A DNA stretch of 22,649 bases from a virus: the IMG/VR virus record IMGVR_UViG_3300006065_000002; one strand, given 5' to 3'. The notes below the pieces were generated by a model that saw only the letters and a list, made by a program, of their open reading frames with translations, did not search any database and was not told the DNA's origin. Within the stretch, counting starts at the first letter, position 1; each line of letters opens with the position of its first letter. The position numbers and the translations under genes were made by a program. Below are positions 17,482 through 22,649 of the stretch, piece after piece.

Positions 17482-18027
17482 TTATTGTTTATATAAACGA
17501 TTGTAATTATAATAAGCAACTGGGTTTATTTCTGCAATTAACCCATACTCATTTACAACGTTTTCGTAAATTACATCAGTAGATTCATTAATGAATTGTG
17601 ACATTATATTACAAAAACCCAAATTGGATTCATCTACTAAATCTTGTTCTACACCAGGTAACCCACAATAATGTGCTTCACCAATTTCTGATATAAACAT
17701 TCCACAATAGAATCCTTTCAAGTTGTATCTTTCAACAAAGATATCTGCATTACACCATATAAATACGTTATTGTCTTTTTTTTGTAAATGTTTTACCATT
17801 TCATAATCAATGATATAACCTTGTGTATTAATGAATTGTCCAATAGAGAATAAACCATATGGACTTCCATGACCCATCATCATTACTCTATCGTGTTCTT
17901 TTATTAGTTTCTTAATTTCTTTTTTAGAAACACCACCAGTTATAACTGTTTTATTTGGTATAGGATTATACACAATATCTAAAAAACTGGTAGTATTATC
18001 TTTCGGATGTATTATTAATGTTTTCAT
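17482..18027 (-). CDS. Conserved phage protein with MGHGS and FIWCNAD motifs (possible His/Cys dyad)
   Basis: Intact ORF with a promoter directly upstream. Confidence 0.7.
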   Translation of the reverse strand: MKTLIIHPKDNTTSFLDIVYNPIPNKTVITGGVSKKEIKKLIKEHDRVMMMGHGSPYGLFSIGQFINTQGYIIDYEMVKHLQKKDNNVFIWCNADIFVERYNLKGFYCGMFISEIGEAHYCGLPGVEQDLVDESNLGFCNIMSQFINESTDVIYENVVNEYGLIAEINPVAYYNYNRLYKQ

Positions 18028-18031
18028 ATTA

Positions 18032-18061
18032 CAAAGATAAATAAAAAATTTAGAAAACCAA
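18032..18061 (-). promoter_or_regulatory. Bacteroidota-type promoter, probably giving a leaderless mRNA
   Basis: TATCTTTG (18032-18039) is only 4 nt from ATG 18027; a TTG lies 19 nt upstream. Confidence 0.7.
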
Positions 18062-18211
18062 TTATTTTTTTATTTTTTTTCTAAAATAATATCTATCTTC
18101 AACAACACATATTAAAACCCAACCTTTCTTTGCCATAGTATTTAAATAATCAGAAATTTCTGATGTTGTAATGAAATTTAAAGTTTCAATATTATAAATA
18201 AATTTTTTCAT
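18062..18211 (-). CDS. Small protein, DUF4177-like (49 aa)
   Basis: Manual translation MKKFIYNIETL...YLNTMARKGWVLICVVEDRYYFRKK. Confidence 0.5.
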   Translation of the reverse strand: MKKFIYNIETLNFITTSEISDYLNTMAKKGWVLICVVEDRYYFRKKIKK

Positions 18212-18226
18212 TTTTTTTATTTAATA

Positions 18227-19252
18227 CTATCTTGTATTATCAACATCATCATTATCACTTGCTGTATAAGTTCTTGTTTCATTTATAAAAAGTGAATCTA
18301 TCGTATAAAGTGTCATATTTTCATTAATAATTGGTATTCCAACTCTCATTGGTTCTTCACGAAACACTGGTTCTTCACGAATCGTTGGTACTTCATGTTC
18401 AGGACGTCCAGGATTATATTCTAATGTAGAACCATGTATTTGATCTTCTTTTGAAAACCAAGAATTTTGTAATTCAACAGAAGCTAAATTATAATTCGTT
18501 TTATTTGATTTCAACTCATCTAATATTTTTTCTAAAATAAAATATGGTATATTAGAATCTAAAGAGTCTATTATTTCGTCTCTATCATTCCAAAAACTGT
18601 AATTTCCTAAATATAATAAATTTTTATAAGCGGCTACTTTCAATCCTGATTTTCTATTTATAATGTATATTAAAATACCATTGAAACCATATTCTTCAAA
18701 TGTACTTCTATTATTTTCAGAAGCAGTACACCACTTAGTTGAAGCCCCGTATTTTTTAGAAGATAAATAACTCAATGGTCTAAATACTAACCATTCAACA
18801 TCATCATAAATAATATATATCTCTTTTGATAAACTTTTTTCTATTTTTTTAATATCCACAATATTAATTAATTTATTAATATCATTTATTGATGTTAATG
18901 TTAACATATCACAATTTTTTATTAAATTTTGTTCATAATATTCAATAAATTTTTTAAACTTTTTTACACCATCGTAAGATAAAAATATATAATTAAGAAT
19001 ACGATTTAAATAATCAGATTCAATAAAAGAAAGCTTATCAATTTGTTCTTTAGAAAAACCCCAATCATTAACTAAAATATGTTTGACTTCTTCTTCAAAT
19101 AACTTGTTGTTTGTAAATTGTTCATTAAAAATGTTCATTAACATATGAACATACTTTGTTTTGGGTCTTTCAAAGACATCATTCAATAAATTAACAATGT
19201 TAATATTATATAAGTCATTGTTTTTTAAATCTTTTATTTTACTCATTTTCAA
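18227..19252 (-). CDS. Large-phage conserved protein with a PcfJ-like region
   Basis: WLVFRPLSYLSSKKYGASTKWCTAS...ILIYIINRK...FWNDRD; short REEP duplication in the tail. Confidence 0.65.
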   Translation of the reverse strand: MKMSKIKDLKNNDLYNINIVNLLNDVFERPKTKYVHMLMNIFNEQFTNNKLFEEEVKHILVNDWGFSKEQIDKLSFIESDYLNRILNYIFLSYDGVKKFKKFIEYYEQNLIKNCDMLTLTSINDINKLINIVDIKKIEKSLSKEIYIIYDDVEWLVFRPLSYLSSKKYGASTKWCTASENNRSTFEEYGFNGILIYIINRKSGLKVAAYKNLLYLGNYSFWNDRDEIIDSLDSNIPYFILEKILDELKSNKTNYNLASVELQNSWFSKEDQIHGSTLEYNPGRPEHEVPTIREEPVFREEPMRVGIPIINENMTLYTIDSLFINETRTYTASDNDDVDNTR

Positions 19253-19387
19253 TATTTTTAAGTTTATTAAAATATATGAATTTTTTTTTTTAAAAAAAAA
19301 AATATAAGTGTTTTTTTTTAAACGTAATGATTAATATTAACCCATTTACATTTGAAGGTAGAATTTGTTGTTTTATAAAAAAAATTA

Positions 19388-19732
19388 TCAATTAATAATA
19401 TTTTGTACACCAACAGGATTAAAACTGTGTGTATAAACTTGTGGTAAAAGTAATTTTTTATCTAAACAGTAATTAACTAAAAACAATGCACAATCATATC
19501 CCGTCTTTTCTTTAAAAGTACCATCGGTATAATAATTTGAGTAATGACCATCAGTATCATACATAGAAGGACGATAGTGTTCATCAGCCAAATCATGGTC
19601 TAATGAAATAAGTTCAAATTTATGAATACCATATTTTTCAATGGTATTCACAAATTCATCATAGTTTCGAACAATTACCCAAGTATTATCTACTGGTGTT
19701 CTTACATCATCTAAATATAATTTTAACATCAT
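19388..19732 (-). CDS. Cyclic-phosphate-processing receiver-domain protein (3' end probably frameshifted)
   Basis: LYLDDVRTP...VRNYDEF...ISLDHDL...KTGYDCA...HSFNPVG; immediately downstream of the RNA ligase. Confidence 0.8.
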   Translation of the reverse strand: MMLKLYLDDVRTPVDNTWVIVRNYDEFVNTIEKYGIHKFELISLDHDLADEHYRPSMYDTDGHYSNYYTDGTFKEKTGYDCALFLVNYCLDKKLLLPQVYTHSFNPVGVQNIIN

Positions 19733-19735
19733 ATT

Positions 19736-20782
19736 TTATTCTTCTAATTTAGTATTAATAAATGGTTTTGTATACTTTGGATATAATTTATCCCATATCA
19801 AGTTATCAATGTCTTTACCATTGTGAATATTAAATAACATAGCTCTAATATCTTTATGTTTACTGTTAATAATTTCAGCGACTTCTTTTCTTGACATATC
19901 ATCACGAACTGAAGTGTAGTAGATAAAAAAAGCATTAGCTTTAATGATTTTAAACATTTCATTTAATGATTCTCTTTGTTCTTCTATCCAGTTATAAAAT
20001 TCATCAGGAACATCCTTTAAAAATTCATCTAAGGGTGTGTTATCTTTTAAATGTTGCCAAATAGTTCTAGATGAAAATTTACTTAAAATATTATGTAATC
20101 TTAAATACTCTTGTCCTTTAATTTTCATTCTAAAACCAGATTTAAATCTGACAACATAACCTTCTTCATCATTAGATATAATATTTTTTAATTTAATAAA
20201 ATCTGTAATACCATTATGTTTTTTAACACGGTTAAACCCATCGAACATATCAGTATATATATCTAATTCTTTTCCTGTTTTATCTAAAGCACATAAAAGC
20301 ACTAAATCGTTTTCAGGATAAGATACGACGATTCTATTATCTGGTCCAATTAATTCTAAAATATATGTTATATTTGAATCAATATTAACTTTGTTTTTAT
20401 ACTTATTTTTAAACACTTGATAAGCAAGATTTGATGCGTCAGAATTAAATGAACCACGTGAGTTTATGATTATTTCATCGTTATACATAAAAATAGATAT
20501 ATAAGATCCATCCATTTTATCAAATATATCAAATGATTCTTTTGGTATCATATCATCAGATAATTCTTCCATATTAAAGAATTTTTTTAAACACCATGAC
20601 ACTACATTTCCATTAAAGTCTGTAACTAGACCACGGCATTGCAATGTGATATCATCCCAACGTCTTTCAAACTGTGTTGTTGGAGTATAATTCCATATTA
20701 ATAATTCATATGTTGGATGTCTTTGTTTGTATAACAAATCATCATTATAATATTTTTCTAGTATTTCTAAATTAATGTTCAT
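19736..20782 (-). CDS. rnl1: RNA ligase, T4 Rnl1-like
   Basis: CRGLV, KKFFN, FDKMDGS (motif I), SRGSF, YILELI, EEGYVV (motif IV), MKIKG (motif V). Confidence 0.92.
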   Translation of the reverse strand: MNINLEILEKYYNDDLLYKQRHPTYELLIWNYTPTTQFERRWDDITLQCRGLVTDFNGNVVSWCLKKFFNMEELSDDMIPKESFDIFDKMDGSYISIFMYNDEIIINSRGSFNSDASNLAYQVFKNKYKNKVNIDSNITYILELIGPDNRIVVSYPENDLVLLCALDKTGKELDIYTDMFDGFNRVKKHNGITDFIKLKNIISNDEEGYVVRFKSGFRMKIKGQEYLRLHNILSKFSSRTIWQHLKDNTPLDEFLKDVPDEFYNWIEEQRESLNEMFKIIKANAFFIYYTSVRDDMSRKEVAEIINSKHKDIRAMLFNIHNGKDIDNLIWDKLYPKYTKPFINTKLEE

Positions 20783-21027
20783 TACAATATCCTTTTTCTA
20801 TAAACCATTTTCTTTCTGTATCTGGTATTTTATATAATTCATCTTCACACGGCATATTCAAAACCGCTTGATTATAATACGCAAATGCGGTAAAGTAAAC
20901 TTCACCACAAATGCCAACCCTTTTTTGACAAATATGTTAAATATTCTATAGCCTCTTTGGGAATGTCACTTAAAATTGTGTTATAAAACATTTCCCCCGC
21001 TTTTGTTACTGCTAAATTCTTATCCAT
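20772..21027 (-). pseudogene. Small hypothetical protein, frameshifted in a poly-A run near 20921-20927
   Basis: ATG 21027 MDKNLAVTKAGEMFYNTIL...LSK / RVGICGEVYFTAFAYYNQAVLNMPCEDELYKIPDTERKWFIEKGYCNEH*. Confidence 0.5.
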
Positions 21028-21038
21028 TTCTTTTATTT

Positions 21039-21362
21039 TTACCATAAATCTTCACTAAATAATCCAATCATTGGATTACTTAAATTTTCCATTTCTACCT
21101 GGTTAGACGATATTGCAATTTTCATACCCAATCTATCAACAAACCTATTTAAGTTCGTTAAAAACCCCTGTATTGTGTCACCGACCCCATCTGGACTTAA
21201 TTTAACAGTTCTTAATCCAGATAAATGTTTTACTAAATTAATACAGTTGTGATGTCGATGTCCAAGAACAAGTATTCCTTTACCAATATTAATTGGTAGA
21301 TAATCTTGTGATGGTAAATCTTTATACCAAATAGCCGATGCTATTATATACTCGTTTTTCAT
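21039..21362 (-). CDS. Conserved phage hypothetical protein
   Basis: IIASAIWY...GHRHHNC...QGFLTNLNRFVDR...LFSEDLW; start overlaps the phosphoesterase stop. Confidence 0.75.
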   Translation of the reverse strand: MKNEYIIASAIWYKDLPSQDYLPINIGKGILVLGHRHHNCINLVKHLSGLRTVKLSPDGVGDTIQGFLTNLNRFVDRLGMKIAISSNQVEMENLSNPMIGLFSEDLW

Positions 21363-22035
21363 TTTCTATTTTTTATTTTATCTACATGATGATCTATAAT
21401 ACCATCTTCAGATAAAACTGGACGTTTTTTTAATGGTATTATACATTCTTCAATTAAATCATAAGGTCTAAATTCTATATGTCCGTCAATACCAACGTCC
21501 ATTCTTCTTCCTCTACCTAATTTATTAACATTTGATAAATGTGTATGACCATGTAAATGTATTGATCCTCTACCCATATTATTCCAAGATAAAATTGGAT
21601 AGTGAAACAATACAATTTCTGTTTTTTCAAATAATAATGTTATAGTACTCACCACATCAGTAAATAAATCTTTAATATTGTCTTTATTTTTAACAATATG
21701 GTGATCGTGATTACCTGTAACAAGTATAATATTTCGACATATTATTCTATCTCTGAATTTTTTAATATTTTCAAACCCACCGAATGACCAATCACCTGTA
21801 TGAATTAACCAATCGTCTTGTGATACAACCTTATTAATGTTATTTACAATGGTATCGTTCATTCCTTCTAATGTAACGAAGGGTCTCGTTGATTCTATTG
21901 GTATAGAACCATCTGGCAATCTCCAATCTGTTACGCCTCTACAGATATTTTTGTGACCATAGTGAATTAAGTGTCCGAGGTAATCCACAATTTTCTTGTA
22001 GAATCCTCGGACATAATAGTTTTAACGTTTAACAT
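21359..22035 (-). pseudogene. Calcineurin-like metallophosphoesterase, interrupted by a 5-nt TAATT insert (21965-21969) in the first DxH motif
   Basis: ATG 22035 MLNVKTIMSEDSTRKLWITSDT-[TAATT]-HYGHKNICRG...HTGDWSFG...TGNHD...FHYP...HLHGHTH...DVGID. Confidence 0.85.
21971..22014 (-). other. GC-rich RNA hairpin inside the phosphoesterase 5' coding region
   Basis: TGTCCGAGG-ATTCTACAA-GAAAA-TTGTGGATT-A-CCTCGGACA: a perfect 9-bp outer stem and an imperfect inner stem with a G-U pair on the minus strand. Confidence 0.75.
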
Positions 22036-22649
22036 AGTTATTATTTTTTAATTTATTAATATATTCTTTTTTATTATATCTATTACCATTATTATAATCA
22101 TTAATCAAATTAATACATAATGAATGTTCAAAATAATCATCTTTCCAATTAATTATTCTATTAAATAATTGAACTAATGTAATATCACTATCATTGTTTT
22201 TTAATGATTTTTTTATATTATTACTGTGAGTTATAATTTGACAATTTGCTGGATGTCTAATTATTTCAGGAAACACACCAAATAAAAAACCATTTTTTCT
22301 TCCAAAAATATGATCTCTAATAAATGCGTCTTTATTTCTATTATTTTTATCATATAAATTTCCGTTTTTTAAATTGTTAATACCAATAGTATTTTCTGTT
22401 ATTATTACTTGTCCAACCCAATTTGAAATTTCCCTATAAAATATATAATCATTTTTTTTATTTAACGGAATCCAAACCCCACTATTTTTTCATTTTTAGA
22501 CCTAATATTTTGTTTATATTCATTTGTAAATTTAAGTGATGATTTTAAACCTATTTTTTGTTTTGTTGTATGTTTCATTTCAGGTTTTTTATAACCATTT
22601 AATTTTTTCTAATCATTAGTTTTTCTTCGTTTTACTTTTGTATCTTCTG
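22022..22649 (-). pseudogene. HNH homing-endonuclease-like gene (5' end off the window), with an in-frame TAG at 22609-22611 and a frameshift near 22485
   Basis: Upstream of the track ORF: KHTTKQKIGLKSS (NUMOD3-like)...GVWIPL...FIRDHIFGRKNGFLFGVFPEIIRHPANCQIITHSNNIKK (DH...N...N pattern). Confidence 0.7.

Noticed and set aside
18351-18380. Direct repeat GGTTCTTCACGA x2
   Set aside because: An in-frame REEP peptide duplication in a low-complexity tail; not a CRISPR repeat or att site.
16162-19276. Extra promoter copies at ~16162 (TACATTTA) and ~19269 (TATATTTT)
   Set aside because: Position and A-tract context fit, but both lack the conserved final G; too weak to list as features.
7514-22611. 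Genome-wide TAG-to-Gln recoding (genetic code 15)
   Set aside because: Only three internal TAGs were seen, long genes have none, two internal stops are TAA (the normal terminator here), and Gln fits the TxSGD repeat poorly. Not fully excluded without the whole genome.
21960-22649. Intact group I intron carrying the HNH gene inside the phosphoesterase
   Set aside because: The phosphoesterase N-terminus (WITSDT) lies downstream of the HNH gene, only 5 nt from the rest of the gene, so the HNH is free-standing and no intron core is present.
1-22649. CRISPR array, rRNA, tRNA, integrase, transposase or structural gene module
   Set aside because: No regularly spaced repeats or diagnostic motifs were found by eye.

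Overview
A very AT-rich segment (roughly a quarter G+C by eye) that reads as the accessory region of a large or jumbo phage of a Bacteroidota host. About 45-50 short genes are packed head-to-tail, essentially all on the minus strand. Many sit behind Bacteroidota-type promoters (TTTG-N18-20-TAnnTTTG, often CATTATCTTTGT), and a second GATATTTATT motif precedes a few others. Recognisable products: Rnl2-like and T4 Rnl1-like RNA ligases, an R2K-type ATP-grasp protein, a calcineurin-like phosphoesterase, a cyclic-phosphate-processing receiver domain, a Pol-beta nucleotidyltransferase, a radical SAM enzyme, a RelA/SpoT-type HD hydrolase, a macrodomain, an SPFH protein, an HEXXH zincin, a bPH_2 membrane protein, a stand-alone CarboxypepD_reg-like protein, an AEP-like protein and an HNH endonuclease. 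No capsid, integrase, tRNA, rRNA or CRISPR array was seen. About 15 genes are broken by in-frame stops, 1-2 nt indels, 5-nt duplications or apparent deletions, so the ORF track splits many of them; real decay cannot be told from an error-rich assembly without reads. Best candidates for new biology: (1) two paralogous 'HSIxDVITNSS' proteins beside a nucleotidyltransferase and radical SAM enzyme; (2) a GC-rich hairpin ending exactly at a 5-nt TAATT stop insert that splits the phosphoesterase D-x-H motif; (3) a ~156-nt structured intergenic element with mutually exclusive pairings. All family calls come from motifs read by eye; no database search was run.
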